Below are positions 51,730 through 61,253 of a stretch of 64,000 nucleotides of DNA, piece by piece. The stretch lies in the IMG/VR virus record IMGVR_UViG_2700989507_000006; one strand, written 5' to 3'. A program made the position numbers and the translations under genes. The stretch is from a virus. Lineage: Duplodnaviria > Heunggongvirae > Uroviricota > Caudoviricetes. The notes beneath the pieces are model-generated. The model searched no databases. It was not told where the DNA came from and worked only from the letters and a program-made list of their open reading frames with translations. Each line of letters starts with the position of its first letter. Position 1 is the stretch's first letter.

Positions 51730-53205
51730 TTACACCTGTGCGACGTTATACCATGTGCCATTGATGTATTTTTGTATTGGCCTGAATACTGCGGGGTCAT
51801 CACCATCGACTTCACCGACAATACCAAGCCCGGTAATTACGTGCCCTGCTTTCTCATACATCACCCCTTTCTGCATAGTCTGGACAACACGTGTGCCAAG
51901 TCTGATATCTCTCACATAGCGGGAATCAAAGTTACCGTAATCCGAGGGATTAACACGCCCCGTAATATTTATGGTCTTATTACTTTGAATGCTTCCGGAA
52001 ACAAAGCGCATAACATGGACGTTATTAGCATAAACATCCAGATTACCATCGCCATTTTGTTTAAATCCGGTGTCGTTATCACCAAGAACAATAGAGTTCC
52101 CACCCAACGCGTTATTCGTGCCAAGTGCCAGCCCGCCATCAATCCTGGCACCATTACCAACAGACACAACTCCTGTTCTTAAGTTGATGCCGAATGGCCT
52201 TAATGGCCCAATATCTCCATTTTCACCCTCATTTTCTCGTGTAGGGATGATATACAGGTTTTCTTCAGAACGGCGAAAAATAGCACCAAAAGATGAATTA
52301 AATATCCTCAGTGCATTGACTGTAGATATTTTTACTTCACTGCTGAAAAGGGCTTTAACAAGAACATACAGAGCATCCCATTTAAGATTCATCAGATCTT
52401 TTGTTGTGGTGCTCTGACGACTTCTCCATTTGAAATATTCATTGCCGTTGTCACCTGTTTCAAACCACATGTATGAATCAGTGTCACCATCGGCATCATT
52501 TTTAAATCCAATCTTCGCCCAGTCAGTATTTCGAATCCAGGCAAGGATTGAGTCGTTTTCAAAAGTAAGTCCGCCGGACAAGATATCGCCTGAACGCTGA
52601 ACGGCATTATTTGCTTTATTAATGAATTCCTGTAGATTTAAATCTTCCGCCGTTAGCTCAATGTTTTTAGAACCATCAAACGAGACACCGTTAATAGTAC
52701 GTGCTGTCTGCAATTTGGTCGCTGTAGCCGCATTACCAGAGGTGTCCTGATTCCCTTTGGTATTAACGCCGGGAACGGAATCTTTTGACGTATAGATCTG
52801 TGCCCATTCGGACCATGCCGCAGCAGTGCTATCTCTTTTGGATCGAATGAAAGCTGGTGCATGAGCGCCATTTGTGCCACTCCAGCCAATGAGCAACTCG
52901 CCTTCACCAGTGGATGCAGCTCCCTTCAGGTGAAGTACATTCCCGTAAGTCGTCGGATAACCATTGTTGTATGCCTCATACATCTGCAATCCAGTAGCAG
53001 CACCTTGCGTTGTACCGGTAAGCGCAGTAACGCGTCCTCTAGACGTAATTGTTGGTATCGAAATGTTCGTAGAACCATCGAATCTGACGCCATTAATGTT
53101 TATGGCTGTTTTTAATTTCGTCGCGGTGTCGGCGTTCCCTGTCAGCGCCCCGGTGATCCCGCCGTTGAAAGTCTGGCGTGCACTCCATGTGTTAGCCGTG
53201 CTCAA
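51730..53205 (-). CDS. Sv': alternative tail-fibre variable segment (promoterless until inversion)
   Basis: 491-aa ORF whose first ~200 aa are identical/near-identical to residues ~494-700 of S; no independent start context. Confidence 0.7.
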   Translation of the reverse strand: MSTANTWSARQTFNGGITGALTGNADTATKLKTAININGVRFDGSTNISIPTITSRGRVTALTGTTQGAATGLQMYEAYNNGYPTTYGNVLHLKGAASTGEGELLIGWSGTNGAHAPAFIRSKRDSTAAAWSEWAQIYTSKDSVPGVNTKGNQDTSGNAATATKLQTARTINGVSFDGSKNIELTAEDLNLQEFINKANNAVQRSGDILSGGLTFENDSILAWIRNTDWAKIGFKNDADGDTDSYMWFETGDNGNEYFKWRSRQSTTTKDLMNLKWDALYVLVKALFSSEVKISTVNALRIFNSSFGAIFRRSEENLYIIPTRENEGENGDIGPLRPFGINLRTGVVSVGNGARIDGGLALGTNNALGGNSIVLGDNDTGFKQNGDGNLDVYANNVHVMRFVSGSIQSNKTINITGRVNPSDYGNFDSRYVRDIRLGTRVVQTMQKGVMYEKAGHVITGLGIVGEVDGDDPAVFRPIQKYINGTWYNVAQV

Positions 53206-53215
53206 CAGGGGGATC

Positions 53216-53241
53216 TTTTCACCGCTGGTACCGAGTTCTCT
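53216..53241. other. invertase crossover site (cix-type, right)
   Basis: ttctcttaaacc-aa-ggtttaggattg; lies between Sv' and cin. Confidence 0.6.
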
Positions 53242-53252
53242 TAAACCAAGGT

Positions 53253-53813
53253 TTAGGATTGAAATGACGACGCCGGAAACTTCTTATAAAGCGTGGAAAC
53301 AGCCACATCATAGATGATTGCAACCTGCTTACGGGGGATGCCATTCTCCAGCAATCGCCGCATTTGCTGCCATGTTTCTTCTTGGTATTTAGGCCGACGC
53401 CCACCTATACGACCTTCTGCGCGAGCTGCATCAAGTCCAGCGCGTGTACGTTCAACGATAAGCTCACGTTCCATTTCTGCCAGCGCCCCCATTACGTGAA
53501 AGAAAAAGCGCCCCATTGGTGTACTGGTGTCGATAGAGTCAGTGAGACTCCGGAAATTAATTCCTCTGTCACGCAGCTCTTCCACCAGCACAACCAAGTG
53601 ACGCATGCTGCGCCCAAGACGATCTAACTTCCATACGACCAGGGTGTCACCTCTGGAAAGCATACGCAAAACCTTTTTTAGCCCAGGGCGTTCAGTCTTT
53701 TTGCCGCTCGCCTTATCCTCAAAAATTAGCTCACATCCTGCGCTTTCAAGGGCATTTCGTTGCAAAGCAGTGTTTTGTTCATTTGTTGATACGCGTACAT
53801 AGCCGATCAGCAT
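53253..53813 (-). CDS. cin: serine recombinase, DNA invertase (Hin/Gin/Cin family)
   Basis: 186 aa; MLIGYVRVSTNEQ catalytic serine motif, C-terminal HTH; adjacent to cix sites. Confidence 0.9.
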   Translation of the reverse strand: MLIGYVRVSTNEQNTALQRNALESAGCELIFEDKASGKKTERPGLKKVLRMLSRGDTLVVWKLDRLGRSMRHLVVLVEELRDRGINFRSLTDSIDTSTPMGRFFFHVMGALAEMERELIVERTRAGLDAARAEGRIGGRRPKYQEETWQQMRRLLENGIPRKQVAIIYDVAVSTLYKKFPASSFQS

Positions 53814-53934
53814 GATTTTTACTCTAATGCGTTGTTCTTATGAGTCTGCGAATTTTAAAGAACAAAGCGTTATGCACAGAAATAACAATCTGAATAGGTT
53901 CCTGCTTGATTTTTGTTAGATCCGGGAGGAGCTT

Positions 53935-54219
53935 ATGCAGATTTTGATTTTTTTAATGTCCATTATTAGTGGAACCTATTTATTTCTTACTGGAGTTAGG
54001 CGTGGAGCTTATAAGCCATGTTTTTTACATTGGCTTGAAGCATGGCTGCTTGCCATAAAAGGTGGTTTTGTTGGTTTTTGTCTTGCAGAAGTTCAGTGGG
54101 GAAACTCATTTTTGAATGTGGTTGCTTTTTTGATATGTAGTTGGAATAGCCATTTTGTATTAAGAATAACCAAAATATGGGTTTTTCACTTGATTTACGA
54201 ATGTATTGGCAAATTATGA
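53935..54219 (+). CDS. small AT-rich membrane protein (three predicted TM helices)
   Basis: 94 aa; strong RBS GGGAGGAG 4 nt before ATG; F/L/W/C-rich; GC content visibly below flanking genes. Confidence 0.4.
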   Translation: MQILIFLMSIISGTYLFLTGVRRGAYKPCFLHWLEAWLLAIKGGFVGFCLAEVQWGNSFLNVVAFLICSWNSHFVLRITKIWVFHLIYECIGKL

Positions 54220-54230
54220 ACAACCAGATG

Positions 54231-54251
54231 AGAAGTTACTTTGCATACCAT
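54231..54251 (+). promoter_or_regulatory. late-promoter-like motif (agaagttactttgca + TACCAT)
   Basis: AAGTTACT box as at 47193; ~30 nt upstream of holin-like gene. Confidence 0.35.
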
Positions 54252-54279
54252 TACCTCCTGACAACGTAGGAGGGAACTT

Positions 54280-54609
54280 GTGCTTGACACACAGGAATTA
54301 GCTCCAGTTGCTATTGCGCTCCTGCTTTCAGTAATTGGTGGGATAGGCACGTTCCTGATGGATGTCCGAGACGGTCGCCAGTCTGGCAATTTGTTGGGAT
54401 TGGTTACGGAGATCTTTGTTGCAGTGACAGCTGGCGCGGTGGCGTACCTATTGGGGCAACACGAGGGCTGGGAGTTATCAATTACGTACTTAATGGTAAC
54501 GATAGCCAGCAATAACGGTCATGAGGTGATTTCAGGGATGAAACGAGTGAATATCGATAGCATTCTGAATGTTCTTACAAGTTTGGTGAAAAAGGGAGGT
54601 GGGAAATGA
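54280..54609 (+). CDS. lydA: holin-like membrane protein
   Basis: 109 aa, GTG start after AGGAGG; two to three hydrophobic helices and charged C-terminus. Confidence 0.55.
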   Translation: MLDTQELAPVAIALLLSVIGGIGTFLMDVRDGRQSGNLLGLVTEIFVAVTAGAVAYLLGQHEGWELSITYLMVTIASNNGHEVISGMKRVNIDSILNVLTSLVKKGGGK

Positions 54610-55049
54610 TTGGCTGGGGTGTATGCGTTCTTGCGTTAGCCTTAGCCGATCGCTATTTGCTAAAACGCAAGGACATCACGCATTTAGAACTTGGTGATGT
54701 GGAAATTAAACCGGGTTTCATCCGGGTGCCGTTCAAGTACCGGTCTAAATTCCCGTTTTTGCGCGGCGCAACGGTCAGATATTGGATCCGCGATGTTCAG
54801 AAGCCGACGACAGTGATTGAAGGTGAACAACGTTGTCTGACGTCGGCTGAACAGGGCGAAAACAGTGAATGGTTGTACATACCCACTGAATATATGGGTA
54901 AAGGAGAGCGACTGTGGCATTTCAACGTCATGGTTACGCATGGCGACTCGTTCATTAACCCGTTGTATCGGATTTTCCCTGTTACTCAGCAAATCCGCAG
55001 AAGTTACGTAATAAATCTCGCACAGGATGTGTCAGATGACGAAAAATAA
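54606..55049 (+). CDS. lydB: antiholin-like protein
   Basis: 147-aa ORF overlapping lydA stop by 4 nt; N-terminal hydrophobic segment. Confidence 0.5.
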   Translation: MIGWGVCVLALALADRYLLKRKDITHLELGDVEIKPGFIRVPFKYRSKFPFLRGATVRYWIRDVQKPTTVIEGEQRCLTSAEQGENSEWLYIPTEYMGKGERLWHFNVMVTHGDSFINPLYRIFPVTQQIRRSYVINLAQDVSDDEK

Positions 55050-55638
55050 GTATGCAACGGTCGATTTTGACCAGGTTAATGAAAAGGGGCTGAAATCCCT
55101 TATCGCGGCGATCAATAAAACCGGTGTTACGGTAATTGAGGTTGACTCCAGCAACCGCGCAACAACGAAAGATGGCGTTAAAGTTAAAACCGCAAAGCTG
55201 GTTCTTAACGACGGACAAATTCTTGCCATACAGGTAAACGATACTGGCGATATATCGTCTGTGAAACTGAATGGAAAAGCTATTCCTAACGCTCAGTCGC
55301 CGGATATCAAGACGCTTGGTACCGTCATGGGACAGGCGGCCCGCAAAAACTCCGCAAAATTCCAGAAATCACTGATCGCCAAAGCGAAGCGTGTTGCCAA
55401 TCCGGTAGACAAGAAACCGGCAGTTAAATCCAACTTTCAGCGCCTGCAAGAAGCAAAACAGCGGAATGCTCAGGTGGTTGCCGCTTATAAGTCCGCGCAG
55501 AATTCGGTGTCTTTCAATCAACAGCAGATCACTGATTTGCGGGCGAAGCTGGATAAGGAGACGGGCCGACTCAATAACGAAAAGGCACGGAATGGCGAAC
55601 TCAAACGTCGTCTTAAGCAACTGAAAGCAGGAAATTAA
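55036..55638 (+). CDS. hdf: coiled-coil protein sharing a motif with DarA (homologue of DarA fragment)
   Basis: ATG 55036 (track ORF from 55027); ARKNSAKFQK matches EKNSAKFQR in the downstream 639-aa protein. Confidence 0.5.
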   Translation: MTKNKYATVDFDQVNEKGLKSLIAAINKTGVTVIEVDSSNRATTKDGVKVKTAKLVLNDGQILAIQVNDTGDISSVKLNGKAIPNAQSPDIKTLGTVMGQAARKNSAKFQKSLIAKAKRVANPVDKKPAVKSNFQRLQEAKQRNAQVVAAYKSAQNSVSFNQQQITDLRAKLDKETGRLNNEKARNGELKRRLKQLKAGN

Positions 55639-55639
55639 C

Positions 55640-57559
55640 ATGGAACAGTTCAATATCAATAAAGGGGTGACGATCAAGCCTGGGCTTGACGTGCTTCCCC
55701 CGCCAGTGACTGATGATGAATATCGCGCATTAATGGCCGGTGAGGACCGCTATCTGATGACGGAATCCAACACCCTGGAGGAAATCGAGGCTACGTTCTT
55801 CTATGACACGCCGATCCACTGGTGTGCTACGGATTTATTGGAGGCGATTAGTTCTACTCGTTTGCAGTTACACCGGACCATGCAGGCATTTGTCCGGGCA
55901 TTGAACCAGAAGCTGAATGGTACCGGAATCTCTGCGGGGAGTGATAAAACGGGGGATGTGGCCCAGAGCGGCGCGCGCGCGATCGGCGGCGCTGAAATTG
56001 GCCGGGCACGTAACGTTAACGGGCTGCCAGTCCTGCCAGCCATTATTCCGCTCAGTGATGGTCAGACTATCAGTATTCTGTTTCATAGCCCGACAGCGGA
56101 AAACCGGATCACCAATAGCGATACGCTGGTTGCTTTCCAGTTCTTACTGAATAAAAAAGACGTTACTCACACCGTTGCTCCGATGAGTGGACGTGATATG
56201 ACGCTGGCGCAGGTCACCATGAAACTTGCCAACCTTGCAGAGAAAAACTCGGCAAAATTCCAGCGTGCGCAGAAGAAGAAAAAAGCCCTTGTTGATGAAA
56301 TAACCCAACTACAGGCTGACAGTGACCAGAAAGAGGATGCCATGAGCGACCTCGCGGATCAGGTGGCAGCGGTAGAAGGGCAGAAGGCAGATCTGGAGCA
56401 GAAAATTAACGCTGTTGCATCGGAAGCGGATTCTCTTTATGAAGAGAATGAGCGTTTGCAGACGGAGATTGATCAGCTCAATCGCACTGGTGGGCGCGAT
56501 ACCATTGCTCCAGCGGGGATGACTGGTGGGCACTCTCGCGCGCTGACGGATCGCCTTGCCAGTATCAAAAATCGTATGCATATGGACGGGGAAGTGACGC
56601 TCAGTAATGGTGCATCAATGAAGCAATTCATTGGGGGCGGCGAAGGGTATATCCAGTTAACCGATCCGGATGGCAGCGTATACATGATCAAGGCTAAATC
56701 CATACAGGGTGTGGACATGGCAGATGCGATCGGCAAGCTGTTTAAAGCCTATAAAGCGGGTAATGTATCGGAATACCTGGTCCAACCAGAAGAACATAAA
56801 CCGGAAAACGTCGAACCTGAACCAGCGGAGGATACCGGTAGCTCTTCGCCTGAACCAGAAGTCTCTGTAGGTGCATATCGATATGCCCTGCAAATGCGTC
56901 CGGCGGCCCCTGGCGCAATACCTGAAGGTAACAAAGCAATTCTGCCGCGCCCTGATGAAGGTGACCCGTATTATGAATATGCACGCTACGGCATTGCTAC
57001 TTACGATACCCCGCTTTCTGATCAGCAAATGAGTGAGTACGACCTGAAGTTATTGCCTCGCGAGGATTCTTTCGACTTCCTGGCGAAGACACTTACTAAT
57101 GGTCCGTTTGGCAAATATGCACAAAAAGCTCTGGAGCTGGCCACCAGCTCACCAGACGAGTTCCGCGTAATGCTGAAAACTCAGTTTCAAAAAACTTTCC
57201 CCAATATTGCGTTTCCTGGGGGCGCTGGCACCGAGAAAATGGTGCAGAGCATGATCAATGCATTGCAGGCCGAAGTCGGTGAGATTACTCAGCCAGAACC
57301 GGCCCCGGCACAGCCTGATGAAACGGTTAGCGAAGCAGATGCAGAGGCTAATAAAGCCATTGAATATCTCAATAACGTGATGGATATACAAAGCACTGAC
57401 ATGGCGGAGATCCGTAACGCCCGGGGCAATGTCCGGGAAGCGATTGCAGCCCTTCAGGCTGCCGGACGTTTTGAGGAAAACGAAGAGCTGGTTAACGGCG
57501 CAGCTCGCCACCTGGCTGATCTGCTGGTAGCAATCCAGAAAGCGGGGGTAGCGGCATGA
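55640..57559 (+). CDS. darA: head-packaged antirestriction protein DarA-type
   Basis: 639-aa ORF in operon after holin/antiholin and hdf; coiled-coil middle, Pro/Glu-rich linker; size matches P1 DarA as remembered. Confidence 0.6.
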   Translation: MEQFNINKGVTIKPGLDVLPPPVTDDEYRALMAGEDRYLMTESNTLEEIEATFFYDTPIHWCATDLLEAISSTRLQLHRTMQAFVRALNQKLNGTGISAGSDKTGDVAQSGARAIGGAEIGRARNVNGLPVLPAIIPLSDGQTISILFHSPTAENRITNSDTLVAFQFLLNKKDVTHTVAPMSGRDMTLAQVTMKLANLAEKNSAKFQRAQKKKKALVDEITQLQADSDQKEDAMSDLADQVAAVEGQKADLEQKINAVASEADSLYEENERLQTEIDQLNRTGGRDTIAPAGMTGGHSRALTDRLASIKNRMHMDGEVTLSNGASMKQFIGGGEGYIQLTDPDGSVYMIKAKSIQGVDMADAIGKLFKAYKAGNVSEYLVQPEEHKPENVEPEPAEDTGSSSPEPEVSVGAYRYALQMRPAAPGAIPEGNKAILPRPDEGDPYYEYARYGIATYDTPLSDQQMSEYDLKLLPREDSFDFLAKTLTNGPFGKYAQKALELATSSPDEFRVMLKTQFQKTFPNIAFPGGAGTEKMVQSMINALQAEVGEITQPEPAPAQPDETVSEADAEANKAIEYLNNVMDIQSTDMAEIRNARGNVREAIAALQAAGRFEENEELVNGAARHLADLLVAIQKAGVAA

Positions 57560-57921
57560 CACTATCAGCTATTGAGTTAATGGACCTCAGCGACAAGTTG
57601 GATTCTCTGATGTCCAAAGCTGCTACCGCGAGTGGCATGGAGTTGTTGGATATCAGCGATGAAATTGACCAGATCATGCAACAGATGGGGTACGGCGCGT
57701 CCGGCGGCGGTAGTGGTGAGGAAAAACAACCTTCGGTACATGATGGTGTGCCAAAACTGGTTGCTGATTTCCTGGCTGATAAATTCGTCGATCAGAGCAC
57801 CGATGCATTTATCGGTACGTTGCAGGACTTGAGTCAATATGTTGGCACATACATCGATCTGGACCAGGTTAAACAACACACGGCGGCATGGATAGCCGCC
57901 AACATTAAAGAGGCAGCATAA
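57556..57921 (+). CDS. small acidic protein in dar operon
   Basis: 121-aa ORF, 4-nt overlap with upstream gene, GGGSG linker. Confidence 0.45.
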   Translation: MTLSAIELMDLSDKLDSLMSKAATASGMELLDISDEIDQIMQQMGYGASGGGSGEEKQPSVHDGVPKLVADFLADKFVDQSTDAFIGTLQDLSQYVGTYIDLDQVKQHTAAWIAANIKEAA

Positions 57922-57933
57922 GGCGTAACAGGG

Positions 57934-60921
57934 ATGAGCTTAAGCGATCAGGTGGTGATGGCCACCAGCATAGAAACGCTGATCGAGCTGCTAAAAAACC
58001 TGCCCGATTACGGGCGGGTTTCGTATGTGGTGACAGCGAAGGGAGACGAGGTAAAAACAGCGTTTGATATCGTCGATGCCTCAACTCTTTTGGTATCCAA
58101 TACTCTGGACGGGAAAATTAATCCGGACTATCCCCAGGAACTTCAGCCGCGCGACCGGACCCGCGCATCCAGCCTTCTTCAGGTTAACCAGATATCCAAG
58201 GATTTGCGGCCTGCTCAGCTTACCGATTCCGGTCTATCCAGCCATGGCGCGCCGATAATTGGTGAGGACAATGCCGTTGAGTCAGGTAATGGACGGACCA
58301 TGGGGATCATTAAAGCCTATCAGGACGGCAATGCGGATCGGTATCGGGAGTACCTGATTGAACATGCGAGCGAATTCGGCATACGTCCTGAAAAGGTTGA
58401 ATCAATGACGGCTCCGGTACTGGTGCGCCGCCGGTTAACTAAGGTTGACCGCGTTCAGTTTGCCAAAGACTCAAATATTTCTGATCTTCAGGAAATGGCA
58501 GCCAGTGAAAAGGCTTTTGTTGATGCCGACAGCATAACACCGGCGATGATGGCGCTGTTTAATCCGTCAGAAAGCGGAGATCTGCTTAGCCGCAGTAATG
58601 ACGCGTTTATTCGCGGATTCATGACGCAAGTTGGTGCCACACAGGCTGCTGGCCTTGTAACGGAAGATGGGCGACCAACGCGGCAACTTGTTGACCGTAT
58701 ACAAAACGCGATCTTTGCCAAGGCATATAAGGATGCGCGCCTGGTAAGGATGGTTGCAGAAGAACCTGATCCGGATATGCGTAATGTTCTGACGGCGCTT
58801 AATGCGGCGGCCAATGATTTTGTACAGATGCAGGCTTTATCAGGAGAAGCGCACAAGCAGGCTGTGACAACTATCGTTGATGGTATTGAAACAGCGGATA
58901 GCCTCGATAAAAAGGCGCTGGCGGCATTGAAAGATGCGGTAGACCTGGTAAGGCAATCGAAGGAGTCAGGCCAACATATTACCGATGTTATTGCTCAGGG
59001 GGATATGTTCAGCGAAACGGCCCCGGAAGTGAAAGCACTCGCGTTGTTTATCGTCGCGAATAACCGTAGCGCGAAGCGTATGGCCACCGCCTTTAAGTTG
59101 ATGGCGCAACGTATCAATGATGAGTTACAGCACCAGGGCCAGGCGCTCGGGGATATGTTTGGCGGCGGTGATGTGTCGTTACAGGATATCCTTCGCCAGG
59201 TGTCTCAGGAACTGGAAAACGAAGGCATGCAAGGGATATCCGGCGGTCTTTTCGAGTCCGTTTCCGGCGGTAGTTACAACGGCGTTGCTCCATATACCAG
59301 TTTGCTATTACATCGGGCATCCGGCACCAAAGACATTATTCATCTGATCAGGCTGCTTTCCCGTACAGATCCCCAGGATGAACAGCTTGTTCAAGTGCTT
59401 GCGCATTTTGTTCGAATGCCTGTTGCCGACGTGAAAAAATGGTGCCGATTATTCGGTATCAGCAATTCGTTACTTCGCGGCTTGTTAAATCACGCATCCT
59501 CCCTTGGGCGCGATGGCTTTGACGAGATAGCGCAGGCGATAAAAAACGGAGATATGCCACCAGCTATTGACTGGTTTTCCATTCGCCCAACCAGGGTGAA
59601 AGCATTCCTTAGCGCGGCGCAATCAGCATCACCATTGGCAGAAATGGTTCAGAGGTTATCGCTCATATTCACAGACCATACCGCGTTGGGTGATCTGACT
59701 CTGGACGAGATGAAGGAAGCCTCCATTCAGTGGGCCGATCAACAAAATGAGGTTAACTCAGACTTCTTGCCAGCATTCAGGAAGGCCGTTAGTAAAGCGG
59801 ATGATGCCCGTGGAATTCTGAAGGCATTTAAGGCATTGCAAAGTCGTGTTAATAAACATGTCGGTGATATCGATGGGGTAACGGCGGAAGGCCGGGATAT
59901 CCTTAAAGAGCACGGCATAACGCCAGAGTTTATTGATGAGATCAGGACTGATATGCAGCGTGAGGTCGTATCGTCCCTGCAAATCGTAGCCAGAGCGTTG
60001 GCGGATGCTAATCCGAAGAGTGCGGCCATTGTTAACCGTGTTATTGGTGATATTGAAGCATCGGAGGGCATGGGGGCGCTGAAACTCTTCCTTTCGCGAG
60101 CGTTTAATCCTAACGGCAATATTCTCCCCAGCATTATTGGTGAGGCTAAAAAGCATGTCAGTGAAGAAGAACTTGAGCTGCTTAACCAGCTACTCAATCG
60201 ATTTTCATATATCCCGCAGAAACGCTGGCAAATGAATCAGCGAAGTATGGATTCGGTCTACGAGAAAGTGTTATCTGCCATGAACAGTGCGATCGCCAAC
60301 TCATCTGTATCAGAAGAAAAAGCTCTTGAGTGGGCCGACTCTTTTATCACGGAAGAAGTGGAAGAAGCCCGCGCTGGACAGAATGGTGGAATAGACTTGC
60401 GCAAGGAACTTGCTGATATTTATCGCCTGACCGGCGGGAAAATATCAACCTTATCAAGGGTAATTCACCACAAGGGTAGGGCGTATGCAAATCTTAATGG
60501 TGTTGTTGCTGTCGATTTGCACGATGAAAATGCAAATGCACTGTGGCACGAGCTGGGTCATCATCTTGAGTACAGTAACCCGGGGTTGTTAGAGAAAGCC
60601 AGGTCATTCCTGAAGGCCAATGTTGAAGGGGATAAGCCATCTTTCGTTAATATCGGTGGGCGTGGCAAGCCTGAATGGTGCTTCAGATCTCGATTGAGTG
60701 ATATTTATATGGCGAAGGTATACCCGCCAGCCTCAGTAAGTAACACCGGGAAAATTCGGCAGAAATCACCGACTATTTCCAAAACGTCAGCAACGGAAGT
60801 ATTCTCTATGGCTCTTCAGTTGTATCATGACAAAGAGGCCGCTGCCGCATCACTGATGAATGGTGACGGATTGCTGGAACTGTTATTAGGTGTGGCAAAG
60901 GAGCTAAATAATGCAGATTAA
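57934..60921 (+). CDS. large dar-operon protein with C-terminal HExxH zinc-metallopeptidase-like motif
   Basis: 995 aa; LWHELGHHLEYSNPG at 60547-60564 region; otherwise helical with no other recognised motif. Confidence 0.5.
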   Translation: MSLSDQVVMATSIETLIELLKNLPDYGRVSYVVTAKGDEVKTAFDIVDASTLLVSNTLDGKINPDYPQELQPRDRTRASSLLQVNQISKDLRPAQLTDSGLSSHGAPIIGEDNAVESGNGRTMGIIKAYQDGNADRYREYLIEHASEFGIRPEKVESMTAPVLVRRRLTKVDRVQFAKDSNISDLQEMAASEKAFVDADSITPAMMALFNPSESGDLLSRSNDAFIRGFMTQVGATQAAGLVTEDGRPTRQLVDRIQNAIFAKAYKDARLVRMVAEEPDPDMRNVLTALNAAANDFVQMQALSGEAHKQAVTTIVDGIETADSLDKKALAALKDAVDLVRQSKESGQHITDVIAQGDMFSETAPEVKALALFIVANNRSAKRMATAFKLMAQRINDELQHQGQALGDMFGGGDVSLQDILRQVSQELENEGMQGISGGLFESVSGGSYNGVAPYTSLLLHRASGTKDIIHLIRLLSRTDPQDEQLVQVLAHFVRMPVADVKKWCRLFGISNSLLRGLLNHASSLGRDGFDEIAQAIKNGDMPPAIDWFSIRPTRVKAFLSAAQSASPLAEMVQRLSLIFTDHTALGDLTLDEMKEASIQWADQQNEVNSDFLPAFRKAVSKADDARGILKAFKALQSRVNKHVGDIDGVTAEGRDILKEHGITPEFIDEIRTDMQREVVSSLQIVARALADANPKSAAIVNRVIGDIEASEGMGALKLFLSRAFNPNGNILPSIIGEAKKHVSEEELELLNQLLNRFSYIPQKRWQMNQRSMDSVYEKVLSAMNSAIANSSVSEEKALEWADSFITEEVEEARAGQNGGIDLRKELADIYRLTGGKISTLSRVIHHKGRAYANLNGVVAVDLHDENANALWHELGHHLEYSNPGLLEKARSFLKANVEGDKPSFVNIGGRGKPEWCFRSRLSDIYMAKVYPPASVSNTGKIRQKSPTISKTSATEVFSMALQLYHDKEAAAASLMNGDGLLELLLGVAKELNNAD

Positions 60922-61222
60922 AATCGCAGCGCCATTAGGCGGAGATGCCATTATCGAATTTGATGATAATGAAGAAGTTTCCGGGCGTTTAAGCATTATC
61001 TCCGGTGACATTACCGAGGACATGATCGCTGAAGCCATAGTTGGGGCAAATCCCAATAGCTATATGGGATTCGTTAATACCCTTGATGCTCCCGCAAGTG
61101 ATGTTCTCCGAACGCTGCATCTTTACGCTGGCTGGTTTGTTGATTGGCCAGCAGTAGATGGTGGTGATGAGGACGACGACGACGATGATTTTGGTGATCA
61201 TGTAGACCAGATCGTATATTGA
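60911..61222 (+). CDS. small protein with poly-Asp C-terminal tail
   Basis: 103 aa ending DGGDEDDDDDDFGDHVDQIVY; last gene before terminator. Confidence 0.4.
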   Translation: MQIKIAAPLGGDAIIEFDDNEEVSGRLSIISGDITEDMIAEAIVGANPNSYMGFVNTLDAPASDVLRTLHLYAGWFVDWPAVDGGDEDDDDDDFGDHVDQIVY

Positions 61223-61224
61223 AG

Positions 61225-61251
61225 AAATCCCGCCAATCGGCGGGATTTTTA
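61225..61251. terminator. bidirectional intrinsic terminator
   Basis: aaatcccgccaatcggcgggattt stem-loop then ttttt; convergent operons meet here. Confidence 0.55.
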
Positions 61252-61253
61252 CC

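Larger units (their letters stand above)
49053..53229. other. invertible tail-fibre segment (~4.2 kb) bounded by cix sites with ~0.6-kb terminal inverted repeats
   Basis: Regions ~49066-49680 and ~52600-53215 are reverse-complement copies encoding identical peptide (STANTWSARQTFNGG...); alternative promoterless fibre segment on the opposite strand. Confidence 0.8.

Noticed and set aside
52861-53317. Plus-strand ORFs 52861-53115 and 52964-53317 inside Sv'
   Set aside because: Reverse-strand images of the inverted repeat; identical peptides to antisense ORFs within S at 48981-49371
53253-53813. Possibility that the recombinase marks a transposon or integrated island
   Set aside because: It is a small serine invertase flanked by cix-type sites and an invertible tail-fibre segment; no terminal inverted repeats of a transposon, no transposase, no target-site duplication
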